From: Macrostomum lignano
Lineage: Eukaryota
Direction: 5' to 3'
Assembly (NCBI GenBank): GCA_002269645.1
Contig: NIVC01000871.1
Span: 48,513 to 112,512, forward strand
DNA length: 64,000 nucleotides
Part shown: one piece after another, positions 1 to 14,900 of the stretch
How positions within the stretch are numbered: the stretch's first letter is position 1
Layout of the letters: every line of letters begins with the position of its first letter
Notes under the pieces: model-generated
The model's input: the letters and a program-made list of their open reading frames with translations, nothing else
Database searches by the model: none
Told to the model about the DNA's origin: nothing
Position numbers and translations under genes: made by a program

Positions 1-498
1 AGAATGGGATTTCGGGGTGAAAATCGAGTGACATTGCAGAGTGACAATCGAGTGAGATTCCGGAGTGAAAATCGAGTGAGGTTGCAGAGTGAACATCGAG
101 TGACATTGCGGAGTGAAAATTCATTTAGAGTCGTTGATTTCCCGGCTCCCATTTGAATAGAATTTCGATTTCAGCAGAATGTTCAGTTCTCTCAACAAAA
201 TTTGGAGAAATCTGTCAAGCCATGGAATCCCCCCCTTTGGGATTTGATGTCTGCCTGCCTCCTGTCAATGTTTGCGCAGAATTTGCAAGTGGATGGAAAT
301 TCGCTTTTCGAGTCCCCATCGACCCCCGAGAATTGGAGCAAAAAAAGCTCGGAGAAATTCGAGTTTTTATTTAAGCTCTCAAATTTTTAAGTCGAGTGTT
401 GGTTCCAAATGCACTTTTGTGCTCGGTGAATAACTTCACTCGATCTCCGCTCGATGGTAAGAGCTTCAGGTCATGACTAACTGATCCGTCACTTGCAG

Positions 499-579
499 AT
501 CGTGTGCGCCCAGGATATGACCACGCTGCCTTCGTTGCCCGAACCGGAAGGAACTCATCTGAGGAGCCACCTGCAGCAG
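499..579 (+). CDS. MADD: MADD exon (end of DENN core)
   Basis: ttgcag|ATCGTG...CAGCAG|gtgagc; [27 protein letters not shown] joins in frame to ALASM of the next exon. Confidence 0.9.
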
Positions 580-3500
580 GTGAGCGGCTTTAGCCATACA
601 GCATCTCTATGCGATGTCGTCTGTTGTGCTTGTAGTTGGCACTGTGGCCTTGTCTGTGCGGAACTGATAGACCTGTGTAGCTTAATGCAACACTGCTTCA
701 TCTCTCTCCCGTGTCACAGATCTTCCGCCTCTGGCCCTTCCCTTCTCTGCCACCTTATAATCCTACCTTCTCCTGTTACTCACCCTCTGCCTCTGCTCAC
801 ACTCTATCACCCTCTGCCTCTGCTCACACTCTATCACCCTCTGCCTCTGCTCACACTCTATCACCCTCTGCCTCTCCTCACACTATATCACCCTCTGCCT
901 CTCCTCACACTCTATCACCCTCTGCCTCTGCTCACACTCTATCACCCTCTGCCTCTGCTCACACTCTATCACCCTCTGCCTCTCCTCACACTCTATCACC
1001 CTCTGCCTCTCCTCACACTCTATCACCCTCTGCCTCTGCTCACACACTATCACCCTCTGCCTCTCCTCACACTCTATCACCCTCTGCCTCTCCTTACACT
1101 CTATCACCCTCTGCCTCTCCTCACACTCTATCACCCTCTGCCTCTCCTCACACTCCATCACCCTCTGCCTCTCCTCACACTCTATCACCCTCTGCCTCTC
1201 CTCACACTCTATCACCCTCTGCCTCTCCTCACACTCTATCACCCTCTGCCTCTCCTCACACTCTATCACCCTCTGCCTCTCATCCTCCATCACTCTCTCC
1301 CTCACCCTCTCCATCACCCTTTCCCTCATCCTCACCCTCACCCTCTTTGACACCTCCCTAACCCTATTTCTCACTCTCTCTATCACCCGCTCCATCACCT
1401 TCCCTATCACCCTTTCCATCACTCTCTCCATCACCCTCTCTCACACCCTCTCCCTTACCCTCTTTATCACCCTCTTCCTTCTCCGCCCCCTACTCTTCTG
1501 ATCTCTCTATTTTCAAGTATTCAAGTGCAGTCTTCATACCTTTTTAAGCATAATAAATGAGCTAAACACCAGATTCTTGCACTTGATTTTTTGTGTCCTC
1601 TCTAACCAGCTATATATTGTTTGAAAACTTTTTTCAGTGCCTTCAGGTAATACTACTATATTTCTTGTACGGTTATGGGCATTTTATTTGTCTGAAAATG
1701 GCACAAACTGTTTTTGCATTGAATGGCTTTTTTGCATGTGCAAGTCGTGGTATACAATTGTTTATTATGGAATACGGTACGCTTAACTGACTTGACTATT
1801 TGCATAAAGATAGTCAGGTAAACATTTCTCCTTTCACTAAAATAAATCAACTATCGGAAATTGGAGCTGACAACCTGTGAGAAAGAGCTGAGATGCAGGT
1901 TTGTTTAAAGAAAAAATTCAAAAGAAGAAAATATATTTTCAATACCTGCCGTTTCATTTGCATCCTTGGTCACCTGTTTTGTACCTTGTGTCAGATTTTG
2001 TGCCGGAAATTGAATTTTCACAAAAATTTGTCTTGTGTTTTCGTTCGTATTTTGGATTATTCACTTTGTTACTGGTGCTAGGCGAATTAGGAATACGCAT
2101 TGTACTTTTTACCTTATTAATGCTTAAGTGACTTGCAGTTCTAATCAACGCATTGTATTGAATCGCAGAAGTTTCACATTGGATTTGGTTAATGAAGGGA
2201 AGGGTTTTGTCGGGATAGTGAGTGTACATCGGGTCTGGCTGATATGGGGGAGGGTTTTGTGTGGAGAGTGAGTGTACATCGGGTCTGGCTGATAAGGGGG
2301 AGGGTTTTGTGCGGAAACTGAGTGTACATCGGGTCTGGCTGATAAGGGGGAGGGTTTTGTGTGGAGAGTGAGTGTACATCGGGTCTGGCTGATATGGGGG
2401 AGGGTTTTGTGTGGAGAGTGAGTGTACATCGGGTCTGGCTGATAAGGGGGAGGGTTTTGTGCGGAAACTGAGTGTACATCGGGTCTGGCTGATAAGGGGG
2501 AGGGTTTTGTGTGGAGAGTGAGTGTAGATCGGGTCTGGCTGATAAGGGGGAGGGTTTTGTGCGGAAACTGAGTGTACATCGGGTCTGGCTGATAAGGGGG
2601 AGGGTTTTGTGTGGAGAGTGAGTGTACATCGGGTCTGGCTGATATGGGGGAGGGTTTTGTGTGGAGAGTGAGTGTACATCGGGTCTGGCTGATAAGGGGG
2701 AGGGTTTTGTGTGGAGAGTGAGTGTACATCGGGTCTGGCTGATATGGGGAGGGTTTTGTGTGGAGAGTGAGTGTAGATCGGGTCTGGCTGATAAGGGGAG
2801 GGTTTTGTGCGGAAACTGAGTGTACATCGGGTCTGGCTGATAAGGGGGAGGGTTTTGTGTGGAGAGTGAGTGTACATCGGGTCTGGCTGATATGGGGAGG
2901 GTTTTGTGTGGAGAGTGAGTGTACATCGGGTCTGGCTGATAAGGGGGAGGGTTTTGTGTGGAGAGTGAGTGTACATCGGGTCTGGCTGATATGGGGGAGG
3001 GTTTTGTGTGGAGAGTGAGTGTACATCGGGTCTGGCTGATAAGGGGGAGGGTTTTGTGTGGAGAGTGAGTGTACATCGGGTCTGGCTGATAAGGGGAGGG
3101 TTTTGTGTGGAAACTGAGTGTACATCGGGTATGACTGACAAGTTGGAAGCTTCTGTCGGGAGATTAGGTGTACATTGCCACTCTCGCCGACTTCCCCTCA
3201 GGCTCTAGCTAGCATGAGCATGGCGCAGCCTCAGCCAATCAAGAACCTGGACTCAGTAGTGTCTCAAGACCCAGAATTCTGGATGCAGCAGCAACAGCAG
3301 CAGGCAACTCAATTGCCGCTCGCTTCTCCCGGTAGAGTGGTGTTCGGAAACGACGTTGATTCCGTTGACGTTGCTACCCGAGTTGCTATGGTCAGATTTT
3401 TTAATTCTCCCAACGTGCTCGGCGGTTTCATTGAGCACACTAGAACTCTGAGGCTGCACCCTCGTCCAGTAGTGGCATTTCAATACGACGCCTTCGTGCA

Positions 3501-3910
3501 GTCGCGCGAACGGCTGACGGATTTCACTAAACGCTTGGCCAAAACTCAAGCTGTCGAGTATTTTGCCGAATGGTCGCTGTGCCCGGATAACAGCGCGTTT
3601 CAGCGGATTCACTCGGGTTTGAGCGACCCGGCGGCCATCGGGGACAAGCCGAAATGGTTCAGCCAGCGGCTGGAGCGGCTGGCCTTCTCAGTCTGCCGCC
3701 CAGATGGCGCTTGCACTTTGCGGTTGAAGCCTACTGGGACTGGCGATGGGCCTGGGGCTGACGCTACCGCCGAGGATGACGCACCCACTGGTGAGTGGCC
3801 GCGGGTGAGAGGGTACTAGAGTTAGTCAGTTAGTTTATTAGTATTTTGTTTGTTTGTTAGTTAGTTAGTTAGTTTGTTTGTTTGTTTGTTTGTTTGTTTG
3901 TTAGTCAGTC

Positions 3911-3967
<57 letters not shown>

Positions 3968-4030
3968 TTAAGTAAGTTAGTCAGTTAGTTAGTTATTAAG
4001 TAAGTTAGTCAGTTAGTTAGTAAGTAAGTA

Positions 4031-4065
<35 letters not shown>

Positions 4066-4066
4066 A

Positions 4067-4113
<47 letters not shown>

Positions 4114-4122
4114 CAGTTAGTA

Positions 4123-4189
<67 letters not shown>

Positions 4190-7100
4190 AGTTAGCTGGT
4201 TAGTCAGCCAAGCAGTTGGCTGTGATGTCGATAGACCCGGTGACTATCAATCCATGCTAGTGGGAATACACAAAGAGAAATTTAGCTTATATATTCCAAT
4301 ATTTTCTCACTGTTCTCAAACTCAACAATCAAAGGCTTATTAATTGGCAATAATTAGCATTTGGTTTCCGTGAATAAAATTGCATGCCCAATTGTATAGG
4401 CCTGATGTTAGCCAGCTAAATAATTCTCAATTGCTCATTGAATCCGGCTATTAGAGGCGGTGAGGGGCTGCCACACTGCAGTGTTTGCTTCCCATTAATT
4501 TCTATTGTGTAATTTGTATGACTTTGCATCAATACGGTTTTGCACTTTAAAACATATTTCCGAAGTCACTTTGGCTAAGAATTTTATCGAATTGCTATCT
4601 AAATTGTGCATCAGCTTCAACAGCAAGCCATGTCAGCAGCAGCAGCTCTGACTCAGATTGCAACAATGGACGAGGTGAGGGCTGTTTTGCTTAGATAATC
4701 AGCTTACAGAATAAGCCCTGAAATTTATTGATTGAAATTTTTGTTATAAACGTTAAAAGTTGTGTTTATATCGACCTGTTGCTACTGTATGCATTTTATT
4801 GCGCTTAGATATTATTATGACTATTTAAATTATGTTTATTCTTAACTCTTGCTGGGGGTAACCCGGGATACTAAATTTGGATACTCATTTTTTACACTCG
4901 AATAGTTATTTGGGAGACCCTGAAGACCCTGATGATCCTGAAGACCCTGAAGACCCTGATGACCCTGATGACCCTGATGATCCTGAAGACCCTGATGACC
5001 CTGAAGACCCTGATGATCCGGAAGACTCTGATGACCCTGAAAACCCTGAAGACTCTGATGACCCTGAAGACCCTGAAGACCCTGATGATCCTGAGGACCG
5101 TGATGACCCTGAAGACCCTGAAGATCCTAAAGACCCTGAAGACCCTGAAGACCCTGATGATCCTGAAGACCCTGATGACCCTGAAGACCCTGATGATCCG
5201 GAAGACTCTGATGACCCTGAAAACCCTGAAGACTGTGATGACCCTGAAGACCCTGAAGACCCTGATGATCCTGAGGACCGTGAAGACCCTGATGATCCTG
5301 AAGACCCTGAAGACCCTGATGACCCTGAAGACCCTGATGATCCTGAAGACCCTGATGACCCTGAAGACCCTGATGATCCGGAAGACTCCGATGACCCTGA
5401 AAACCCTGAAGACTCTGATGACCCTGAAGACCCTGAAGACCCTGATGATCCTGAGGACCCTGAAGACCCTGATGATCCTGAGGACCCTGAAGACCCTGAA
5501 GACCTTGATGATCCTGAGGACCCTGAAGACCCTGAAGACCCTGATGATCCTGAGGACCCTGAAGACCCTGATGAATCAGGAGACCCTGAAGACCCAGAAA
5601 ACCTGAAGACCTACAAAAACCTGAAGACCCAGTCGACCTCAGAAGCCTAGAAGACCCCTAAAGAACCTGTTGACCCTGATTTTGCACACCTGTCTGCCAG
5701 ATGAGTGTTAACAAGGTCACTCCCCAGATACTATACACTTGTTACAACTGTGTCCGTTAAATATATAAAATTTTCCTTTGCTAAAATTTCTACAAACAAT
5801 CCTAAGTCTATAAATGTACATGCCGTGTCGTTTGTATTCTTCATTGATCTCATATACATCTTAAATCATGTTGACTTATTTTTGTTAATGATAAACGTTT
5901 TTTATCTATTTCTCTTGCGTTTGTGTGTCAATTATCGATTTTTAGTTGAAAGGATAAACTGACTTTAATCTTCTTTGTAAGAATTTTAATGGCCACACTG
6001 CTGGCTCTTTATCTGCTATTGATTAAGCATGCTTTGATGAAGGGCTGATGAGGATGGGATGGGACTGTTTTCCCAGATAAGGACTGTCTGTTCTGGCACA
6101 TTATTTAATATTTCTGAAGAGCCGTTTGTCATCTTCAACGTTTTTAGCTCCCATTTTTTGCCATTTCTTTACATCTTTACCACACATTTTAAACCTTATC
6201 CTTCCCGCATCTTTACCATACCCTCAACCCATCCTCTCCAATTCTTTACCACACCCTCAACCCATCCTCTCCACATCTTCACCACACCCTCAACCCATCC
6301 TCTCCAATTCTTTACCACACCCTCAACCCATCCTCTCCAATTCTTTACCACACCCTCAACCCATCCTCTCCAATTCTTTACCACACCCTCAACCCATCCT
6401 CTCCGATTCTTTACCACACCCTCAACCCATCCTCTCCAATTCTTTACCACACCCTCAACCCATCCTCTCCAATTCTTTACCACACCCTCAACCCATCCTC
6501 TCCAATTCTTCACCACACCCTCAACCCATCCTCTCCAATTCTTTACCACACCCTCAACCCATCCTCTCCAATTCTTTACCACACCCTCAACCCATCCTCT
6601 CCGATTCTTTACCACACCCTCAACCCATCCTCTCCAATTCTTTACCACACCCTCAACCCATCCTCTCCAATTCTTTACCGCACAAAACCTCCCCAAAAAT
6701 AATAACTCCTAATCTCCCATAATGGTCTAGGTTTTACAAACAATTAGTTTTCGTCTCATAAATCTTGTCCATTATTCCCCATCATCCTCCCCTCCCTCCA
6801 AACCACACCAGACGAAAGCGGCCGGTCAGACTACTCTGACAACGACGCCGACAATTTAAACGGCGCCAAAGGCAGCGTCGATCGTCTGACTGACAGCTCG
6901 TCCTATTCCAGCCTGACGGACTTTGTCTCCGAGATGATCTCGTCAGAAATCAACAGCGATCACCTGGCAGGTGTGCATGCTGTACCAGCTTCCGGCGCTG
7001 CTGTCTTGTCTACAAACGGTGTAGCGATAGCGGCTCCATCGGCGCCTTCTGCTGCAGCTGGCGCCATCTGCCGGCTGACTGTGGAATTGACGCCGGATAT

Positions 7101-8851
7101 TTTCAACCCGCCCGACTGCCTGCAACTGACTGGCAGCCAGCCTCCTTTAGCCTCATCAGTGGCTGATCAGGCGGCTAGCTCAGATGAAGACGAATCTGCT
7201 GATGCTTCTGTGAGCATCACTTTTCATGAGTCATTTTTTATGGTCTCTCTTATCTCTGCCTTGCCTGACTCTCTTATCTGTGTCTTACCTGACTCTCTTA
7301 TCTGTGTCTTACCTGACTCTCTTATCTCTGCCTTGCCTGACTCTCTTATCTGTGTCTTACCTGACTCTCTTATCTGTGTCTTACCTGACTCTCTTATCTC
7401 TGCCTTGCCTGACTCTCTTATCTGTGTCTTACCTGACTCTCTTATCTGTGTCTTACCTGACTCTCTTATCTCTGCCTTGCCTGACTCTCTTATCTGTGTC
7501 TTACCTGACTCTCTTATCTGTGTCTTACCTGACTCTCTTATCTGTGTCTTACCTGACTCTCTTATCTGTGTCTTACCTGACTCTCTTATCTGTGTCTTAC
7601 CTGACTCTCTTATCTGTGCCTTACCTGACTCTCTTATCTGTGTCTTACCTGACTCTCTTATCTGTGTCTTACCTGACTCTCTTATCTGTGTCTTACCTGA
7701 CTCTCTTATCTGTGTCTTACCTGACTCTCTTATCTGTGTCTTACCTGACTCTCTTATCTCTGCCTTGCCTGACTCTCTTATCTGTGTCTTACCTGACTCT
7801 CTTATCTGTGTCTTACCTGACTCTCTTATCTCTGCCTTGCCTGACTCTCTTATCTGTGTCTTACCTGACTCTCTTATCTGTGTCTTACCTGACTCTCTTA
7901 TCTCTGCCTTGCCTGACTCTCTTATCTGTGTCTTACCTGACTCTCTTATCTGTGTCTTACCTGACTCTCTTATCTCTGCCTTGCCTGACTCTCTTATCTG
8001 TGTCTTACCTGACTCTCTTATCTGTGTCTTACCTGACTCTCTTATCTGTGTCTTACCTGACTCTTTTATCTGTGTCTTACCTGACTCTCTTATCTGTGTC
8101 TTACCTGACTCTCTTATCTGTGTCTTACCTGACTCTCTTATCTGTGCCTTACCTGACTCTCTTATCTCTGCCTTGCCTGACTCTCTTATCTGTGTCTTAC
8201 CTGACTCTTTTATCTGTGTCTTACCTGACTCTCTTATCTAACTAAAGTTAGCTACATACAGTATATATCATACACGCATGTATACATATGTAATATTTTT
8301 CACAAACCCTCGTCATTTCAGAAGTCACAAAACGCACATGGCACTGCAGCATCCAGGTTGGGATAAAATTATTCTGCTGGCAATATGAAATACGCAATTT
8401 GCACGTATTTATAAACCGATTGCACAGTCTAACACCCACCCCCCTGCCCATTGAACAGAACCCGGAGCCTCACTGGTCAGCACCGCCAGCACCCTGTTGG
8501 CCTGCCGCCTCGACCGCCACCTCCCAAGCGGATTGGCAGCGTGGGCTCGCATCCCGGGACGCCGGAGGGCGCGCCGCGGGTTAGCGCCAGCGCCGGCGCC
8601 AGCGCCAATTCTGGCGCCGACGAAGAGCAGCGGCATCGTTTGGAACGGCAGGACTCCGCGGCTTCCAATGCTAGCGGATTCTCTGGCAACAGCTCTGCCG
8701 CGGTGCACCTGTTCGACTCGTTTGCTCTGAGCTCCGCTGAGCAGCAGCAGCAGCAGCACTCTTTGCTGTCCACCACCCAGCAGGCCGGCTCTGCAATTGG
8801 GGAGTTCCTGGGTGAGTTGCCTGTCTGATTCTGTCTGTCTGCCTGTCTCTT

Positions 8852-8882
<31 letters not shown>

Positions 8883-8885
8883 TAG

Positions 8886-8936
<51 letters not shown>

Positions 8937-11900
8937 TTTTGTCTATTTAATGAGCAAGTCGAGATGAAAAGGAACTGAATTGAATATCATTGACTATTTC
9001 TAGAATGCATATTATTTCTGGCTTCCCATGAATAGGGCTTCCATCTAAATATAGATCGAGCCCACCAGTCAGTCAGGAATACTGATGGTTGGTTTCCTTT
9101 CGGTAGAGTTAGAGTTAGTAACATTTTGTTCTTTGGTAACTTTCTTATTGATGAAGGCATGCAACATCGGAATGCCAAGTACTAAATTTAAAAAAAGGCT
9201 GACTGATATCTGCCGTGACCGTCTTGATACGCGCATTGATGTTATCTTCACTACTCAAAAGGTGGCCAATTTTGTGACTAGCCTAAAAAGCAAAATCTGT
9301 TTGTTTGCCCTGCTGAGCTGAGGCAGTCGTACATCGATAAGACTGATCGACACCTGTACACTAGGATCGAGGAACACCGCAAGAAGGCTAGCGCGATTCA
9401 TGACATCAAACATGATCAAAAGTTTAAAAAAATATCGATCGGATTCAACACCACTACAAACTAAATGTGTTGGAAGCCCTGTGCATTAAACAGTTAAAGC
9501 CTACCCTGAATGTACAACTGACAGGAAGGGGGGCTAGTGCTATTCTTAGAATTTCTTGACTATTCTACGGCTACTTAAAGAATCAAAAAGGTCGCAGTTG
9601 GATGGTCGTCTTCGTCTGAGGTTCGATGAAACTTTCTTGTGCAATTGTTTTAATAAGATCGCGAAATAAGAATGAAATTAGATTGGAGGATAAGATTGAG
9701 AGGTATATGAGATGAGATTGATGGATTTGAGAGATGAGATTGAAAGGTGAGAGATGAGATTGAAACGTGAGAGATGAGATTGAAAGGTAAGAGATGAGAT
9801 TGAAAAGTGAGAGATGAGATTGAAACGTGAGAGATGAGATTGAAACGTGAGAGATGAGATTGAAAGGTAAGAGATGAGATTGAAACGTGAGAGATGAGAT
9901 TGAAACGTAGATATGAGATTGAAACGTGGAGATGAGATTAAAACGTGAGAGATGAGATTGAAACGTGAGAGATGATATTGAAACGTGAGAGATGAGATTG
10001 AAACGTGAGTGATGAGATTGAAAGGTGAGAGATGAGATTGAAACGTGAGAGATGAGATTGAAACGTGAGTGATGAGATTGAAAGGTGAGAGATGAGATTG
10101 AAACGTGGAGATGAGATTTAAACGTGGAGATGAGATTTAAACGTGAGAGATGAGATTGAAACGTGAGAGATGAGATTGAAACGTGAGAGATGAGATTGAA
10201 ACGTGAGAGATGAGATTGAAACGTGAGAGATGAGAATATGCGAAGAGATTGTAGATACGAAATTGGAAGATGAGATCTTGAGATGCGATTTTGATAGTTG
10301 CGAATGAGAAATAGGATTGGGGATGAAAGCTAGAAACGGGAGAGATAAAGATGAGACAAGATCTCTCCCCAACCTCTCTCCAAAACTAACAAAACCTCAG
10401 GCCAGAAGACTTCAGCAGCGCTCAACCGCAGTGGCCTCCAGTTTGCACCGCTCGGCTCCAAGCGGTCTGTGGTGGAAAACTCGGCACTGATGCGTCAGGC
10501 CCAGGGTCTGGTGCAGCAGCAGCAGCAGCAGTTCTCTTCTAACAGAAAATCTTCATCGGCATCCGAAGTGTCGACAACAGCGCCGGCAGATCAGATCTTC
10601 CTGAAGGACATCGCCTCCGCGGTTCTCGATGGTCAAGGAGTTGGATTTTTGAAAGGCGGTCAATTAAAATCCCTGATGGAGATTGAGTCGCACAGGTGCA
10701 TGCTGCTGTCTAGGCTGAACCATAATCTGCTCGGAGACAAGCTCACTGACACCAGCCAGGAGCAGCAGTTGTGCGATCAGCCAGTTAGGAGAGCCGTGTT
10801 CAAAGGCCTGCTCACTGTGCTCAAAGCTGTTGTCACCGGTCTGGAGCGGAGCTACAAAGCCAGAGGCAGGGGCGGGCTGGCCTCGGCCCTGCTGCTGCTT
10901 GAGGTGGCGCACACGCACTACTGGCTGCGGGATGCCAGCGTGGCCAGCAGGAACTCTGCTGATCCCCTGCAGGTGAGGGCTGCGGCTCCCACTGCTTTTG
11001 GAGATTGGCATTTGGGGTCTACTCTCTGCCGAGAGTGGGGATTTTAGTGGGGATTTGAGGGATCTGGAAGGTAATATTGGGGATTTTAGGGATCTGGGAG
11101 GTGATAGTGGGGATTTGAGGATCTGGGAGGTGATAGTGGGGATTTAAGGGATCTGGAAGGCAACAGAAGGGATTTAAGGAAACTGGGACCGCAGCAGGGA
11201 TCTAAGGATCTGAGAGCTGATGATGTGGTATTCGGGAGCTTGAAGTGGAGATTTAGGGATCTGGAATGTGGTAGTTGGGATTTGGGTAATCTGTGAGGAT
11301 GGAACAGTCAACCTGAGCAGGGTTGAGCCATTCAGTCTGGTCCTCGCACGCAGAAGCTGTCCCCATTCGGCAGTCAGGACAGCCTGTCAACCACGCCGGG
11401 CGCGCCCTCGTCCGTATCGAACTCGGGCGAGCCGGAGTCCTCCAACTTTGTGGCAACAGTTGGTAAGCAAACTTTATCGATTCGCTCTGCTTTCCAACTT
11501 CCTATATTTTAATCCATTTTTTTGTTATTTATCCTTTAAAAAATCTGTACATTTCTTCTTGCACTACTTGCTCACTGAATCTTAATAGTAGTATAATAGA
11601 TTTTTATTCTGAAATGATTCTACGACAATATTTTAATGCAATAGCGGCGGATTCAGCCGGGACCGCGGCGGCCACCTCTTGGCTGGGGCTGAAGTTTCTC
11701 AGCCTGCTGGGTGGTCCGGAAACTTCCGGCCGTTACGCCGCTTCCGGCGGTAGTTTCCGGGCGCCTAAACGGCCCCGATCGCTGGCGCTGGGAGCCAGTT
11801 TTGCCGACTCGGATTTTGCCAGCCGGGGCGGCGTCCGGTCTGCGGCCGGCACCCCGCTGGGGCCGGTGTTTGAGGCCGGCGAGTCGGCAGTTATAGCCGC

Positions 11901-14900
11901 AGGTATTGTTAGTATAGTTTACTTACGATAATCTGTCTGTCTCAGCGATTGATTAATCACTTAGTGCTAATCACCGGTGTTGGGGGTGGCGGTTTCCTAC
12001 TCTCTGGCTACGGATTTTCCAACGCGTATTTTATTTATTTATTCATTTATTTTTTTATTCTCACCAGGAAATTTGAAGCAAAATGTCCTAGTTTCACTAC
12101 TCATAAGTAGAAAAATCAGAGTTTTACTCTATTTTCATTTGTTTCACTTTCATAAATTTTCCTCTCGCAGCCGGCTGGTTCAAGGACATCCGAGAGGTCA
12201 CCGCGGGCAGCCGAGGTGCCAGTCCCAGGCGGCTGAGTGCCAGAGGTTTGTCAGAGATAAACAGCATCAGTTTTGTATTGTTATATCTGCTCTATTGTTG
12301 TCTACCTATTGAATTGTGTAGGACTTTTATAATCTACATATTTTGTTCTTTTATGTAACACTGGTTGATTCGAAATAACCCTGATTCCGGCTTTGAAAAG
12401 TTAACTAACTGGCATTATTTATTTATATCGAAGTTGACTAACCCGATCTGTTGTGCTCTTACAAGTTGTTTTAACGCATATTTATATTTTTCCGCTTAAA
12501 TTGAATCTCATATTTAAAAAAAATCCACTTGTTATTATTTCAAGTAGGCAAGCCGCAGATTAATAGATTATAATTTTTTTAAGCTTACTGTACTATTAAA
12601 CTTTCAATTTTTTTCCACTGTAAGTAAGGGATAAGTAGCATGATTGAGAACTAAAATTTCATTTTTACGTAGATAATTTTAACTTTAAAATGTTCCAATC
12701 ATCCTACTGCAAGTAGGCAAGTAACGAATTTTACTATTAAAATTTATTTCCATACAAAACGCACCAAGGTCCCCCAGTAATGCTAAACGGAGAGGAATAC
12801 GAGAATATTGAAATGCGAGGAGCCGGCGGCTCAGCCTCGCTGATCTCGTCGACAACCTCGGCGCCGGCTTCGGCCACCGGCCCGGATCCGATGCGAGACC
12901 TGCGTGTTAGCGGCGGCCTCGGGGGCGACGGCGGAGGCGACGCTTCGCCTTCATCAGATTGCGGCGCGCGGCCGCCCCCGGTGGCCAGCAAGAGTCGCTA
13001 CTCGTCTGGCTGCCGGTACACCACGGCTGGCCAGCGATTCCGAACTGTGGGAGCTGTGGGGGAGGACACAGGCAGGACCTACCTGTTCGAGCTCATCTCA
13101 GCTAAAGACCGCAGCCAGCTGTGGGATCAGGTGCAGTTCTGGGAGGACGCCTTTCTCGATGCTGTGGCCGCCGAACGGGACATTGTTGGCATGGATCAGG
13201 TCCCCAACGAGATGATGTCCAGGTGGGTTGCGCTGGATGTAGGGAGATGAATGGAGAATGTAGGGAGAATGAGAGAGATGAAGGGAGAATGTAGGGAGAT
13301 GATGGGAGAATGTAGGGAGATGATGGGAGAATGTAGGGAGATGAAGGGAGAATGTAGAAAAATGAAGGGAGAATGTAGGGAGACAAAAGGAGAATGTAGG
13401 GAGATGAATGGAGAATGTAGGGAGAATGAGAGAGATGAAGGGAGAATGTAGGGAGATGATGGGAGAATGTAGGGAGATGATGGGAGAATGTAGGGAGATG
13501 AAGGGAGAATGTAGAAAAATGAAGGGAGAATGTAGGGAGACAAAAGGAGAATGTAGGGAGATGAATGGAGAATGTAGGGAGAATGAGAGAGATGAAGGGA
13601 GAATGTAGGAAGATGATGGGAGAATGTAGGGAGATGATGGGAGAATGTAGGGAGATGAAGGGAGAATGTAGAAAAATGAAGGGAGAATGTAGGGAGACAA
13701 AAGGAGAATGTAGGGAGATGATGGGATAATTTAGGGAGATGAAGGGAGAATGTAGGGAGATGATGGGAGAATGTAGGGAGATGATTAGAGAATGTAGGGA
13801 TACGAGGAGAACTAAGGAGAACTCGTATGAAGGGAGAATTTAGAGAGATGAAGGGAGAATGTGGGGAAATAAAATGGGAATTCAGAGAGATGAAGGGAGA
13901 ATTCAGGCAGAATGTAGAGAGACGAAGGGAGGCGAAGAGTGGAATAGATAGGCGGAAAGGAAAATGGATCAGCTGAGGAAGCAACAAGACCACCCCGCGT
14001 GATTCGCAGGTACGAGTCCCTCGGCAAGGCGGAGCGCAAACGCTTAGAATTGGACGAAGACCGCCTGCTGAGCACAATGCTGTACAACCTGGTAGCATTC
14101 ATGGTCATGATGCGAGTTGACACGGCCGAACTCAAAAAGAAGGTTTGTTTGCTAATAAGCTGCTAGGGCCATTTGGAGCTTGTGTGCGTGAAAATTGGCG
14201 ATTTACATTCATCAGGGCCAACCCCAAAGGCACAGAGTGTGCATGTCTAATCATTCTAAGAAAGGGCCTCTGTACATGCCTGCGTACAGTATCGACGCGC
14301 TTCGTAACTTTATTTATCGTTAGGCATGTACACTTCCCTGTGCCTTGAGGGTTGGGCCTTAACGGCGTTAATTGCACGAGCAGAGCCAGGCCGAGATTCC
14401 AATTTAGCCCCAAATTAATGTGACTGCACTTGGAATCGAGCCTGGGCCGCTGGTACATCGGAGCGCCGCGCTCTCTAGTTTTCTAGTTTATGAATAGAGT
14501 TTCTAGCTTATGAATAGAGTTTCCAGTTTATGAATAGAGTTTCCAGTTTATGAATAGAGTTTCCAGTTTATGAATAGAGTTTCCAGTTTATGAATAGAGT
14601 TTCCAGTTTATGAATAGAGTTTCCAGTCTATGGATAGAGTTTCCAGTTTATGAATAGAGTTTCCAGTTTATGAATAGAGTTTCCAGTTTATGAATAGAGT
14701 TTCCAGTTTATGAATAGAGTTTCCAGTTTATGAATAGTCTCTAGTCAGTTTAAACAAAAGTGCCTCACCTGAACTCTCGCCAACCGCAGGTGCGCCGCTT
14801 GCTAGGCAAGAGTCACATCGGCCTGCACTACAGCCAGGAGATCAACGCCCTCCTTGACCAGCTCAGTGGACTCTCAGGCAACGATATCGACCTGAAACCG

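Noticed and set aside
2205-3130. Regular ~50-bp repeats as a possible CRISPR array
   Set aside because: Head-to-tail units with no unique spacers, eukaryotic intronic context, no cas genes
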